Source: Octopus vulgaris (taxonomy: Eukaryota). From it: a stretch of DNA of 64,000 bases. Below the pieces are notes generated by a model that saw nothing but the letters and a program-made list of their open reading frames with translations, ran no database searches and was not told the DNA's origin. The stretch covers positions 744,001 through 808,000 of the forward strand of contig OX597836.1 in the NCBI GenBank assembly GCA_951406725.2, read 5' to 3'. Shown in pieces: positions 27,330 through 41,410 of this stretch (within the stretch, counting starts at the first letter, position 1; each line of letters begins with the position of its first letter). The position numbers were made by a program, and so were the translations under genes.

Positions 27330-28740
27330 GAGTTGGATACTCCATGTCTCCATTCACTTTACCATTTCTCAAATTGTGCTCAAATGTATCAGAATGCACC
27401 AGTGAGCATTTTTTAAACGTTTGATGCTTAGGGGTTATTCTTTTTAAAGTTTGATATAATGCAATCATCTAACTTTTTCATGCTGTTTTATATTCTGAAC
27501 CAAAATGTCTTTGTCTTTATAAATTCAGAAATTCCACCACAAATGCACAATTTTATCAATTAACTGCTTTTTTGATTTTTGAAGAACTGATAGGTCATCT
27601 CCATTTTCATTTTCTTTATTTTCCTGATCAGGTATTTTATTCTTGTTTTCATTGTTTGATCTAGTTCTTTTACCCTGATATTTTTTCCTCATTTTTTCTC
27701 TTTCATATTGTCATCTGTAATTATTTCTTTCATATTGCATGTTGTAGGTGTAGCACTGCAGGCTGCTACCATTAGGTGATGAAGTATTTTCTCATCTATT
27801 TCTGATATTTTCTTTGCAATCTCCAGTGTTTTAGCTGGTGGTGCTTTGAAAACTGAGGTTTATTTTTCTTGCTGTTCATTGTCATTATTTTTGCTTCATT
27901 TTTTTCATTTCTTCAAGGCATTCAGCACTAACTTATGTTTTGCTCCAACAAATACAACTAGGATTTCTATTTAGTATCATCAATCTCATACTCTTTACTT
28001 TGGTACCTTTTACCAGGCACAGTTCATTTATGTCTTTGTAGTCCTTGGGAATCAGTAGAACTTGCTAGTCCATTATGATGTTCCCTGACCATAAATCACT
28101 TTTGTTCAGCCTTCCATACTGCAACACTAAATTCTCTGTTAGTTGTCTACATATGGTGACTATTGTGTTTCTTTCACTTGTGTTCTGGAGGATGAATGTG
28201 TGTCTGACAACTTCACATTGTCTTTTGGCTGCAGTTTCATCTTTAAAGGTACTGCAAAAAGTGCCATACCTTTAGTCTTTTTCAATTATGTTAATCTCTC
28301 TGAATATATCCTGGAGGGTTTGAACTATGGTGAGGAGTAATTTCATCCATTTCCATTATTCCATGAGCAGAGATGAATAATTTGTTTTTTGTTTGTTTCA
28401 CCATCTCCTGTGGCAAAATAATACTAATGGGTTTTACAAAATTCTTCCATCAATATTTCTTATCTTGTAATTGTGACAAGGTCCAAAATTCTGTCTTTTC
28501 ACTTGGTGTTGAGGGAAAATTTATTTTTATCCTGTTGCTGTTTGAACAGATTTCAGTATTTGGAATTTTTTAAGGGTCATTTGTATTATTGTTACTGTCC
28601 AGCCATCCAAATTACTTATTTGAATATTCAAGATATTTTCTTCTATTAAATGCTTCCCCTACTGTTAATTTTCTTCTTTTTCTTGTACAATTTAGTTGTG
28701 GGTTTTGATTTCATGTTGTTTATAAGCCATTGTAATGTTT
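27330..28740 (-). pseudogene. Decayed A-rich coding relic, possibly LINE ORF1 (gag/zinc-knuckle-like)
   Basis: Strong strand asymmetry; pieces GTFKDETAAKRQC and LNRNPSCIC...AECLEE; many stops. Confidence 0.4.
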
Positions 28741-28994
28741 TGTTGAGTGGTAGCTATTTTAGATTGAAAATGTCAATAAAGTTTTAAAAGTCTATGAAAT
28801 AAATCTCTTTTTTGTGATGTCAAACCTCCTGCCATACATACACATATTGCAGGCAGCCCATCCTTAAGCAATTATAGTTCTTTTTTAATAAGTACTCCAA
28901 AGAAAATTTCAGTATCTAATTTTTAAATAAAACATGTTTACAAGAGAGACTCTAAAAGATGTCTTCAGACTATGAGAATCCACAACAGCAACAA

Positions 28995-29130
28995 TAATGG
29001 TTTCTGATTTAGGTACAAGGCCAGTAGTTTTGTTGGGGAGGGGGGTCAATCAATTCCATTGACTTGTACCTTATTTTATTGTTAATGAAAGGATAAAAGC
29101 AAAACTGACCTAGGCAGAATTTGAACAAAA
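28995..29130 (-). mobile_element. Meta-like SINE fragment
   Basis: ggtttctgatttaggtacaaggccag...gaaaggataaaagcaaaactgacct. Confidence 0.6.
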
Positions 29131-29669
29131 ATGGTGGTGGTGGAGGTGGTAATGATGATGATGATGAAGAAGAAGAGGGTAATTTATTTCACTCAATATG
29201 TCTGATGAAGGGGACATTAGAAGGGTAGGATATAATTTGTGGTGGCTTTGTAAAAAACAGTGAAGGAAAAATGGGGAGAAGGAGAAATTAGATGTAATTA
29301 TATATTTTAGAAAATTACTATTTTTACATCTCTTTCCTTGTTCGAAAATATAAGGACACAGATCGTGTCGTATAGCCAGCTGGAGACAATGTCTCCTGGG
29401 GTTAAATTACAGCAACATTAGTTCTAAACCAGGACTGCCATGTTATGTTGGCAAACCATCTTTACTACATTTTACATTTTTTACAAAAATATGAGATTAG
29501 ATGAATAATACAGTCTTCTTGATACAGGAGATGATATCTTGATACAGGAGAGCCTCCAACTAGGGCCAATCAAAGTCCCATGGACCTAGGATTACCTTGA
29601 CCACCAGTGCATGAACCTTAACCTCTCACTCTAATTTATAGGTGCATGCTTAATGAAAGACAAAGCTGA

Positions 29670-29743
<74 letters not shown>

Positions 29744-29941
29744 GTTGATTTCTGGTAGTTATTTGATTCATTACAAAACAAACCTGGTGTTTAGTTTCAG
29801 CTTTGATTCTAGTATTTTCATTGATTATCAAATGCTTACCAATACAAGTTGATACAGATGCTATGTGTAACACAGTGATATGAAGCCACTGCTAAAATTG
29901 TTCCCATTATGTCCTCTGCATTGTCAAGAATAATCAATACA

Positions 29942-29992
<51 letters not shown>

Positions 29993-30024
29993 TTTATTGA
30001 AAAGCAGCAGAAACATCACAGAAA

Positions 30025-30059
30025 CTGTTACTCAGAGTTTCACGTTCCCGTTCATCGGA
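30025..30059 (-). ncRNA. Minimal hammerhead motif (CCGAUGA core), helix I 5' arm lost
   Basis: Minus strand CCGAUGA-ACG(GGAA)CGU-GAAA-CUCUGA-GUA-ACAG; homologous to 24736. Confidence 0.6.
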
Positions 30060-30484
30060 TATGTATATATATGTATGAATTTTTGTAGTAGCTACAGAGT
30101 TTATCAAGGTGTGTTATTGCTGAAGGACTGTGGAAACAATTATAGTGATAGAAAATAAATGTCCAACCGTACTCCTTGTTGACTCCAATTTTTTTCACTT
30201 ATCGATTCACACACAACAATTTTGAGCCCCATAAATGGGGATTATAGCTGTTGTTTTTGTTGTGTTCACATAAATAATAGGCTAGCATTTTGATATGTAT
30301 AGAAATTTCTGTATCCTTCTAGGTGAAATGGTTATGTATGACATTTTAACACTCTTTGATGCAAGTTATTTGGTGCTGACACCTAGTGGAATAGAAAAGT
30401 TATCTCTAGTGTAAACTGCCATTACTCTATTCATGATTTTTAATGAACATCCCCTCTAACCAGCCAAAACTGACAGTACATAAC

Positions 30485-30688
30485 TACAAGTTGCTTGGTG
30501 ACCCTGGTGCTGACGCCACTAAAAAAGCACTCAGTACACTCTGAAAAGTGGTTGATGTTAGGAAGGGCATCCAGCTGTAGAAATCATGCTGTAATGGACA
30601 ATAGAGCTTGGCAAAGCTCTCTGGCTTACCAGCTCTTGTCAAACTGTCCATCCCATACCAGCATGGAAACTGGACATTAAATGATGGA

Positions 30689-30720
<32 letters not shown>
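30485..30720 (+). mobile_element. RTE 3' UTR fragment
   Basis: ttaggaagggcatccagctgtagaaa...(GAT)n. Confidence 0.85.
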
Positions 30721-31278
30721 CATGAGGTGTGTCTGTAAATATCCAAAGCCTTGATATGTTGATGTACAGCTCCAGTTCAGCCCTGAATAAGCAGACATTT
30801 AATCAAAAGCATTTCAGTCATGACTACTCTTATTCAGATGGGCTGCGGTATCTAATGTGTTCTTTCTTTATTTAAGACAGTAATGTATAATTTGAGGAAG
30901 ATTTGATTGCTGTTTCTAGAAAATTGAGTACCCTGTTGAGGCCCTCTGTGAAACTTTGTTAGTATCTGTTTGGAGACATCCTTTGAATGGAAATTCAGAA
31001 TCCTTGCTACTAACCACAGCCAGGGGTTACTTCTATCATTTGAGGAACTACTCTTCTATTTGCCTCACTATAACTTTCAGTATACTACCTGCATTATCAT
31101 CTGTGGCCACTTGAAATCACATTCAGAACCCTGAGGGGGTTCTGAAAAATAAACAGAAAAATAATGAACTATATAATAGGAACTGACTGACTTGATCATT
31201 ATTATCAGAAATATAGCACAAGTGAATTCAAAGACGTTGATATTGGAAACATGATAATGTTAGCTGTGTGTGTGTGTG

Positions 31279-31342
<64 letters not shown>

Positions 31343-31706
31343 GAGAGCTGTTATTGCTGGTGATAGTGGTATTATTGTCTTGTGATAGCCTTAAATGTTT
31401 CCCACTCATTTTGGTGCCATGTCAGAAAATGAGCTACCACCACCACCACTACTTCTATGAGCAAATATAATGCATATATATATATATATATTGCAGCACC
31501 AGTGCTACCACCTCTGACACATCCTTCATATGTATACTTTTATTGTCTTATCTCAGAAGAAGTCAAGTGAAAAGAAATGTTGAAGTAGAATTGTCATTAT
31601 TGTTTAGCATGATTTTGTTTTCTTATTTTCTTCCAAGAATCTAATCAACAAAAAATACAGACACACAGAAATGTATGTCTTTCTCTGTGTGTGAGTGTGT
31701 GTGCAT

Positions 31707-31747
<41 letters not shown>

Positions 31748-31951
31748 CGTGTGTGTGTAAATGCATGTATAAAGAAAAAGACACATATACATAGACAAAA
31801 AAATTGGTGAATGTCTAAAAGAAGAAAGAACATATATAAGCAGATACACACACACACAGACACGCACAAAATGTGTGTATGGGGACATGTACAACTTGGT
31901 TGTGTCCTTGTGGAGTTAAGATGATCTCTCACAAACTAAGAATGAGTAACT

Positions 31952-31986
<35 letters not shown>

Positions 31987-32247
31987 TGAGAGGGGTAATG
32001 GAAGACTGGGGGGATAAAGAATAAGAAGAGAAAGACAGTAATGACTAGGGAAGGAGGAGAGAAACACAGTGGGTGGGAAATAGCAACAGAAGCAGATAGA
32101 GATAACATGTCCATTCCTTATTTCTTATCTACTTTCTACCATTAAACTATGACTTGACTGATTGGTTTACTAAATCACTACATAAATATTTCTAAGTTTA
32201 CACAACATGCACACACATCTTTATATGTATGTGTTTTTGCGATATAC

Positions 32248-32287
<40 letters not shown>

Positions 32288-32331
32288 GAATGTCTATGTA
32301 CACACACACACACACACACACATATTGTCTA

Positions 32332-33480
32332 CTAGCAGAATACCTGGCAGTGCTCAGACTGTTAAGTAACTATAAATGGCTCAGAATTATTCTTAGTAGA
32401 AGTATGTTTGGTTTAGAAGAATCTTTAATGCATTCCTTTTGTAAAGTTATATTTCCTGTAAGAGATTAATTCATTTTTCACTACTTTTTACAGCAATTCA
32501 ATTTCTAGTGCACTATGCCACAGATAGGTGCTCAATATTTATATTATATCTTATAATTTGTGTTCATTATATACACCTTATTCAAACATAATAAATAAGA
32601 TCCTATCTTTTTTAATATGGGATTAATTTAATGCAAATAAAGTTTTTATTTAATTTGAAGCTCTAAATGAAGGCACTATATCATCTTTTTACTCTTGAAA
32701 TGATTTAATTCTAAAAATGATTTTTAAAATGTGTAGAAACTGGAGTGTAGAGTGGCAAACCAGCCACAGAAATAAAATCATTCTAAAAATATGTGAAACC
32801 AGCATCCCCAGAGGAGATTTGTAATTCCAAATATTAGAACTTCAAGACATGCAGTAATAAAGAAATAATTGCAATGAGCTCCAGTTTATATGATATTGGA
32901 TCAGTGGCCATCATAATCTTGGCAATTTTGAACATTGTCACATAAGCACCTCACACTATTCAGTGTTTTTTTTTTCCTGCTGGGTTATAAATATATTATG
33001 GAAGCTTTTCTAACACTTGAGCAGGTTATAAACGACTTGTTATCAGCAAAACAGTACTCTTCAGGATGCAGTGTAGCAATTGTCAAGTGTTTGCCTTTGG
33101 AATTCATTAAACAGCAAAGCTTAGGTAAAGTCTCTTATGTGGAAAGGGCACATCAATTAGCATGAGTCAAATTTAGGTGTAGCTGCATCGTTTCCTTGGG
33201 TACACCCAGAGAGATTAGTTGTGTCAATGACTATTAGTGCTGTGACCTTGGTATACCAGAAGCTGATATAAATTATGCTGTAGCATTACTACTGGGGATC
33301 ATCTTTTTAATTGACGTTTGTTCAGCAGGTGACCTGAAAGATCCAATGAATTTCAAAATTCTGCAGAACTGTTTATTATGTTTTTCTGATCCACAATAGT
33401 GTCTTAACTGATTTGTAGTTGTGATTATTTTTTAAAAGTACCAACAATTAGCAACTACAAGATACTGTAGGTAAGGAAAT
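32332..33480 (-). mobile_element. Helitron relic (Pif1 helicase C-terminus and 3' end)
   Basis: 3' ...gcactgccaggtattctgCTAG|T; EF*NSLDLSG...SPVVML and KGKHLTIATLHPEEYCF...ITCSSV (~KSQGQTL..GLHL..CFSHGQLYVGCSRV). Confidence 0.8.
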
Positions 33481-35879
33481 TATTTTTCTACACAGGCGTT
33501 TGTGTGTCTTCAGTGTATCCTCCCACAAAGCCTGAGAGACCTACATGGGGTGGACTCCTGTTGTAAGTTCAGATGAGCCTACCTCGCAGCAAGAAATGCA
33601 GATGAGGGCATCAACAGCAAACTCCCTCATTTATGAAATGTCACATATCAGAGGTGGTTTCAACTAGTGAAAGCATAGCAAAGCTAATGGTGGTGCCCCA
33701 GCATGGCCACAGCACTCAAGCTGAAACCAGTAAAGAAAAAAAAAGTGAAAAAGATGTGTGTGTGTGTGTGTATAGATAGATATATACACCTCCTGAGCCA
33801 GACCTGAGGACTGCAAGTCCCCAAACCCGTTTTTGTGCCATTTACAGGATTATTTAGATACATTTTGAAATACTTTCTGGTTGTATTTTAAGAGGTTGCT
33901 GCCAAACTCTCAGATAACAAGTGAGAAAATGTTGGCTGTTATACAAGAAATGCTTGTGTGGATAGAATATGTTTTAAGTGGACGAGGCTTGCACTGCACC
34001 ACCTCCACCGATTTAGTCAAAGGATACGATAACAGTGTGACAAACTGCATGACAATATTGACAAAATAGGAAGCTCATGATTTTATCTTGGAGATACCTT
34101 CTCCTAGATTGGTTGTTATCACAAAACTAGTGTGGAAAGATGACCTGTACACACACACAAACACAAATATATAAAATGTATAAAAATATAAAAAAATATA
34201 AAAAAAAAGAAAAATATAGAAACAATATATTCATATGCACACAACTGTTGGATAGCCATTGACTATTATTAAGTTCTGCTGCTCTTTGATGGGTTTTATT
34301 TTTCCTTCATGGCACTTCTCTGGCTGAGAAAGTGTGGGAATTAAGGGAGAGTAATACTCAATTTGAGATTGCATGAGGTATAGTTGGGAGGGCTCGACCA
34401 TATTCTAATAATAGGTATGGCTGTAGATTATGCTGCACCAAACTGTATGAAATATTAAAACATCAGATCAATCTACTGAATAGCAAAATTGAATTGAGGC
34501 TTAATTGCTTCCACCAGATTAGATGCGAATTTGCATACTTTAAACTGGTTGTAATTCTGCAAACCCCTATTTACATTTCCTTTTAGGTAATTTAGGCAGT
34601 ATGTGATTGTCCACAATCCTGCTCTCAAGATTCTATATGGGCAATTCTATAATGGATTTACTTTATCAACATCAGCTACTAATCACAGCCTACATAAGTA
34701 TATCATGTAATGTAATGATAACATAGTGCGTGACCTCACTTTTTGACCTGTATCCCCCAAATTCTCTTACTGCTTTACTAAACATCATTATTTTACTATA
34801 TTTAAATATAAGTCTATTACTCTCTCAGTAGATGGCACTGTAGTCCAACATGCATATGTATACACTCATTTTGTATGCGTATATGGTGATATATATACAT
34901 ATATGAGTGAGAGTACATGTATGTATATATGTATGTGTATGTATGTATGCATATATGTACATGTATGTGTGTATGTATGCATATATGTATATATATAAAT
35001 ATGTGTGTGTGTGTATGTATATATGTTTGTATGTTTTCATATAACAAGCACTAGTGTCTCTATATACTGGTATGCAGGTGTGTGTGTGTGTATATATATA
35101 TATGTTTATGTATACTTGTGTGTGTGTGTGTGTGTGTAATCTTCTTTGGCACTCCATTTTCTGTTATCTGGTGGTGCCTCCAATTTATTTCATATCATGT
35201 TTATTGTACCTTGCCACAATTAAATTTACACTCCCTCATTCTCTTGCTTATCTTGATGCCATCATTTGGTGGCATCAAGATCATCTTGTCCCGCTGACTG
35301 TTAGCCCTTGAAATCCTTTGATATCCTGTAAGTGGATTAAAGGTTTTTCCTTTTTTTTTCTCTTATCCTTTTCTCTTTCCTTTTTCTCCCTTTCTATTTC
35401 CCTTCATTTCCTTCCTCTCTTTCAATCCCTAAAATGAGTTCTTTAATTTACCACACCATGTGTATTTACTTTGAAATAGCATTCACTATTCACTCTCTCA
35501 GTTGTAACCAAGATGGGATGGTCAGCTTGCATTATGTTTAATTTATGTGAAGAATCCTAAGTGTTTAAATCACCAGAAGAAAACGTTTTTTTTTTTACAT
35601 GATGTAATATTTTTGTTCATCAATAAAGAACATGTCTGAAACAGCTGTAGGGAACCTCAACCCATCTGTGTTATTGTTCAGACTTCACCACACTTGGAAC
35701 CTCCTCTGTGTTGGATCTTGATTCTATATCTGACTGTAGAATATGTGCTATAAGTGGACTCTTATTTGACTTTGCATATACATGTATTCAGTCAGTACTT
35801 GTGAATGTGTGTATAACTGGAAGGATGAACCCATATTTACTTTAAGAGGTACGTGTATGTCCATACAAATTGTTATTGC

Positions 35880-36208
35880 TTAGGTAAATGACCCTGCTCA
35901 ATATGTAAAGAAGGTGGTGGCAGGAAGTTCATAATGTGTACACAATGCAAGCTATAGACACACAAGAGGTGCAATAGAATCACAGGAAGGCTAATGGAGA
36001 AAGCAGTGTACGTATATGGAAGATCTGCAATAGCAACGAACTCTAAGGGTACATGGGAAATAGATTTTCCCAAATGCCCTGGAGATGGTAGATAGTTTGT
36101 TGCTCAGGTGACCTAATTAGCAGTGGAGAGAATATTCAGAAAGTATAGGTGCTAAAATAAGAATAAGATGGATGAAGCTCAGTGAGCTATTACTTCTGTT
36201 GATAACAG

Positions 36209-36255
<47 letters not shown>

Positions 36256-36620
36256 GAAAGGTAGATTGCAAAGGCTAGAGAGGAAGGAAGGTAGTATGCT
36301 TTATTGAATGTACACATGTGACAAAGTGGTAAAGTATTGAAAGAAAAGAGGCACCAAAGGAGTTAGATGGCGTGTGCAAGACAGAAGACTGCACTGGTTT
36401 GGATATGTGTATTGAAGACAGCTTAAAGTGAATGTCCCTTGTATAAAATCACTTCTCAACACTCTCAAATACTCCTGTCACTTAGTTGACTGGGCTTTCC
36501 CCTTATACCTCTTCATGTTCTTTCCTGACTTGGCAACTCCACTAGTGCTGGAGACTTAAAAAAAGCCCTTAGTGCACATGGTAAAGTGGTTCATGTTAAG
36601 AAGGCTATCCAGCTGTAGAA
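35880..36620 (+). mobile_element. RTE RT C-terminal relic and tail
   Basis: CSICKEGGGRKFIMCTQCKL*THKRC; aggctatccagctgtagaa. Confidence 0.75.
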
Positions 36621-37685
36621 TGTGTGTGTGTCTGTGTGTGTGTACGATTAAATTAAATCAAGGATATAAAATCCTCTTAAAGGGACGTTAGCATCCAAGT
36701 TCCCTGGTTTTATACAGCATATCAGTGAAAAACCAAAGATGTTAGTTTCAAATTGAAGGGTATGGTTATATTACTATTTTTGTATGAAAAAAAAAAAAAG
36801 AAAATGGAGAAATTGATATATAGACTTTAATTTATTAGAACATATTCAGTTCCAAACAATATCAAACCCATTACACCTACAATTGTTTTCATGTCCAAAC
36901 AATTCAATTTGAGAAATTAAATTAAATCATATTAAATAAAATTTTCATATTGAATATCATTAATTGGGTATTTCATCAGGGGAAGAATTTGATAGAAAGA
37001 AGCTACATTCCAATGTGTTGTTTGACCCTTGTTTCACTCAGATATGTGCATTTCAGCAACTGATGTATTTAAAACAAAACCATTACTCGTGCATATGTAT
37101 ATGCAAATTAGTTAATTCATTTGTTTGCATGTGCATGTAATAGGTTGAAAAACAAAAGCATCCTTTGGCTCGCTTAAACAATACCTTGATACAATTACTT
37201 TACCTAGAAACTAAAAACGATATTTTTAATTTACATTATTATTTATTATGATAGATTGAAATGTCAGTAAAATATTTAATCACTGAAGAAATTTGTTATA
37301 AGTCAACCAATTGTAATCTCTAGTAATTATAGCAAAATAAATTATTATTATTGTTGTTGTTATTATTATTATTATCTATTATTCAATATTAATTTTTTTA
37401 TTTTTAAACAATAGTTATATATATGTAATATATATATTTTTTAATGTATCTGTACATGTGTTTGATAATGTGTTGAAAGTTACTAGACAATGATGTATCA
37501 AAGCTGCTTACTATTTAGCAAATTTGAATATTACGTCATCAATATATGTGCACAATATATGTATTTATAATAGTGATAATAGATACAAATGATCATAATT
37601 GAGGAAAGTAATAAAGTCGACTAATCAAAAATAGAGATTAAACCATTATTAAATTAGTACATAGTATCTTTAACTTAAAATTACC

Positions 37686-37727
<42 letters not shown>

Positions 37728-37860
37728 GGATTCAGTTGAATCAGGTACTTAAATTGAAGCACCAAACCAGTTTGGTATAGTCCGTGCAGCTAGAAATTAG
37801 GTGAACAAAATGCAAATAAGTAACAAGGATGCCTGGATATCCTTGTTACTTATTTGCATG

Positions 37861-37920
<60 letters not shown>

Positions 37921-39132
37921 AAGACATGGGATGAAGTTGTAAGACTGATATCAGGAAGTTGGACCTCATGGAGGAAATTACCATGGACCAAGTTGTTTGG
38001 CAATACCAAGTTCTTAAGAAGACTCACCAACATCAGTGAAACTGAGTTGTAGAAGTGCTGTATAGAAAGCTTCTCACACACTCTTCCATAACAAACCAAA
38101 CTGCATCTCTACATCCCTTCTCTTTCTCACATTTCTGCTTCATGTACTATGATTACCTCCCTTTGCCCAATCTTGTCCTCTTGGTCTGGTGCCACTGTAT
38201 CATTGCTCTCTGCTTGCCCTGACCTATGTGTTCTACCTACATGTCTTGTCTCATTCCATTATTGCCATCTGCTAGCCCCTCACCTGGGTGTTCAACCCAC
38301 ATGCAACAAGAAAACTTTTCCCTCACCCTACCTTAACAAACCTATTTACATCTCTTGCATTTCCTCCTTCATTCACTATGCTTACCTCTTACTCCTTGCC
38401 TAGCTCTCACTCCCCAATCCTGTCCTCACACACCTGTTCCTCTATATCATTGCTATCTGGTAGCTCCTCCAACTCTATATATACCCAGGTCTTGCACTAC
38501 TTACACTCTTTAATTGCCCTCCCTTCACAATATCCTGTCACTTATATTATGGCATTTGAAACTCAAGGGTATGCCCTGGCAGTTCCCACTATCAATTTCT
38601 CTCTCTCTTCCTTTACTCAACCATCTCATTTATACTCTGATCCCTGTTCCTTGTGAATATGCCCGGCATTTTGCTACCACCTCCATCTTGCAGTCTCCTA
38701 CTCACTCTCTCTTTCCTTCTCCTGCATTTCCATCAGGTTGGGCAACTGTATATTTCCTTTGTGTCAGCACATCTGTTTCTGTCTTCATTTCTGATCTTTC
38801 TCTCTCTGGCTGGGTAACCTTGTACTTCCTCATCAGCAAGACACCTATACATATCTCACTATAACCTTTTCATCATCACCTCCTCCAATGCCCACCTCAC
38901 CTCTTAAAAGTTTTGTCTTGCAAGTACTTGGTGACCCTATCAGCGCAAGTACTACTTAAAAGCATCCATTCCACACTGTAAAGTGGTTGGTGTTAGGAAG
39001 GGCATCCAGCTGTAAACATCTTGCCAAAACAGTCACAGAGGTCTGGTGCAGGCTTCAGCCTGGCCAGCTCTTGTGGTACAGTCCCACCCATGTTAGCATG
39101 GAACATGGACGTTAAATGATAATGATGATGAT
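37921..39132 (+). mobile_element. RTE ORF end plus long CT-rich 3' UTR
   Basis: KTWDEVVR ORF end; tail atggacgttaaatgataatgatg. Confidence 0.75.
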
Positions 39133-39320
39133 GATATATATATATATACATACATACATATATATATATATATACACATATATATATACATGAACATATA
39201 TATATATATATATACACAAATATATATATATATACATACATATATATATACATACATATATATATATATATATACATATATAAATACATACATATATAAA
39301 TACATGCATATATAAATACA

Positions 39321-39370
<50 letters not shown>

Positions 39371-39640
39371 TATATACATACATATATGTGTGTGTGTGTG
39401 TGTGTGTGTGCAATGGACTCTCCCATTGGTTTTGATGTATGAGGATTCGACAACCTAACACACACACATGCACACACACACAATCATATATATGAACGTT
39501 CATTATTGTCATCATCATTTAACACACAGTTTCTATGTTGGCATGGGTGTTTGTGTGTGTATGTGCATGTGTATATATGTGTGTGTATGTGCATATGTAT
39601 ATGTGTGTGTGTGTGTGTAAATATATATATATATATATAT

Positions 39641-40174
39641 TTACTCTTTACTCTTTTACTTGGTTCAGTCATTTGACTGTGGCCATGCTGGAGCACTGCA
39701 TTTAGTCAAGCAAATCGACCCCAGGACTTATTCTTTGTAAGCCTAGTACTTATTCTATCGGTCTCTTTTGCCGAACCGCTAAGTTACGGAGACATAAACA
39801 CACCAGTATCAGTTGTCAAGTGATGTTGGGGGTACAAACACAGACACACAAACATACCCACACACATACATACATAGGGCACCATTCGAGCGTGATTGTT
39901 AGCAATGTCGCTTCACTTGCATGTGTAAAGGGATCCGAGTGAGATCATTGCCAGTACCGCCTGACTGGCCCCCGTGCTGGTGGCACGTAAAAAGCACCCA
40001 CTACACTGTCAGAGTGTTTGGTGTTAGGAAGGGCATTCAGCTGTAGAAACTCTGCCAGATCAAGTTTGGAGCCTGGTGCAGCCATCTGGTTTGCCAGCCC
40101 TCAGTCAAAATCGTCCAACCCATGCAAGCATGGAAAGCGGACGTTAAACGATGATGATGATGATGATGATGATG

Positions 40175-40212
<38 letters not shown>

Positions 40213-40385
40213 CATATATACGACGGGCTTCTTTCAGTTTCCGTCAACCAAATCCACTCACAATGCTTTGGTCAGCCCGAGGCTATAGTAGAAGACATTT
40301 GCCCAAGGTGCCACGCAGTGGGACTGAACCCGGAACCATGTAGTTCATAAGCAAGCTACTTACCACACACCCACTCCAACGCCTT
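39641..40385 (-). mobile_element. CORE-type SINE split by a nested plus-strand RTE 3' end (39876-40172)
   Basis: 3' half 39641-39850 and 5' half 40220-40385 flank the insertion inside the SINE microsatellite. Confidence 0.8.
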
Positions 40386-40454
40386 ATATATATATATATA
40401 TAACTTAGAATAACTTAGAAAGGTTTTGGCCAGTATTGGCCCAGGCCATGTCTA

Positions 40455-41410
40455 ATCATCACTGTCATCATCAGCATTTAACATCTGTTGTCCATGCTGG
40501 TATGACTTGGACAGTTTGACCACGGTTGGCAAGCTAGGGAGCTTCACCAAACTCTAGTCTGTTTTGGCATGGCTCAAACAGCTGGCTGCCCTTCCTAATG
40601 CCAAGCACTTTACATAGTGCACTTTTATGTGGAACCACACAGATGCTTCATTGTGGCACTGCTATGAGTGCTTTACACCACCAGAGGGCCCAGGCTTAAA
40701 ACTTCTGCTATGGAGCATGAATCTTCCTGAGTACAGCAAGGTGTTAGGTATCTGGTGCCTTGCTGTTCAAGAAGACCTGTGTTCCTGTCCTGTCCTTTGT
40801 CATCTTGCTTGAATGGTTCAGCATCATGAGTCGTTCTTCAGTACTTCATCCTAAGTCTTCCTGGATCTCCCACTTCCACATGTTCCATCTACTTTGAAAG
40901 GTCAGCACTTCTTTATGGAGTTGTTGGCATCCATCCACATTACATGACCAAACCAGTGCAGTCTTTTCTCTTGCATACAGCAACTAATTCTTCTTATTCC
41001 TAACTTCTCTCTCAAAACACTGGCACTCTGTTGAACATGTACACCCATATAACACATCCAGCAGATCATACCAGTCTTATTCCTTACTAACCTTTGCATG
41101 CCCACTGCATTCAGGGCCCACATGTCACTATTATGTAGAATTGTTGTCTCTATACATGCATCATACAATCTTCCTTTCACTTGGAAAGAGAAACCTTTCA
41201 TGGCCAACAGAGGTAACAGCTCTCTGAATTTCCTCCATCCTGTCCTTATTCTAGCTATTACACTCTCCATGCATCCTCCCCAATAACTAATTTCATCTCC
41301 TAGGTAGCAGAAATTATCTGCTACCCCTAATGAGCCACCAGGGCATTTGAGAAGAACAATTTTCTGTGTCTTTAAAGTTTTTATGGATCCTGTGCACCTT
41401 TCACATATAA
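40455..41410 (-). mobile_element. RTE LINE, 5'-truncated
   Basis: ORF 40902-41429: FCYLGD...RIRTGWRKFRELLPLL...RLHWFGHV. Confidence 0.9.

Noticed and set aside
37198-37225. Minus-strand tttttagtttctAG|GTAAAG as a third ratchet point
   Set aside because: Weak donor, competing AG close upstream, no similarly placed RS-exon donor seen
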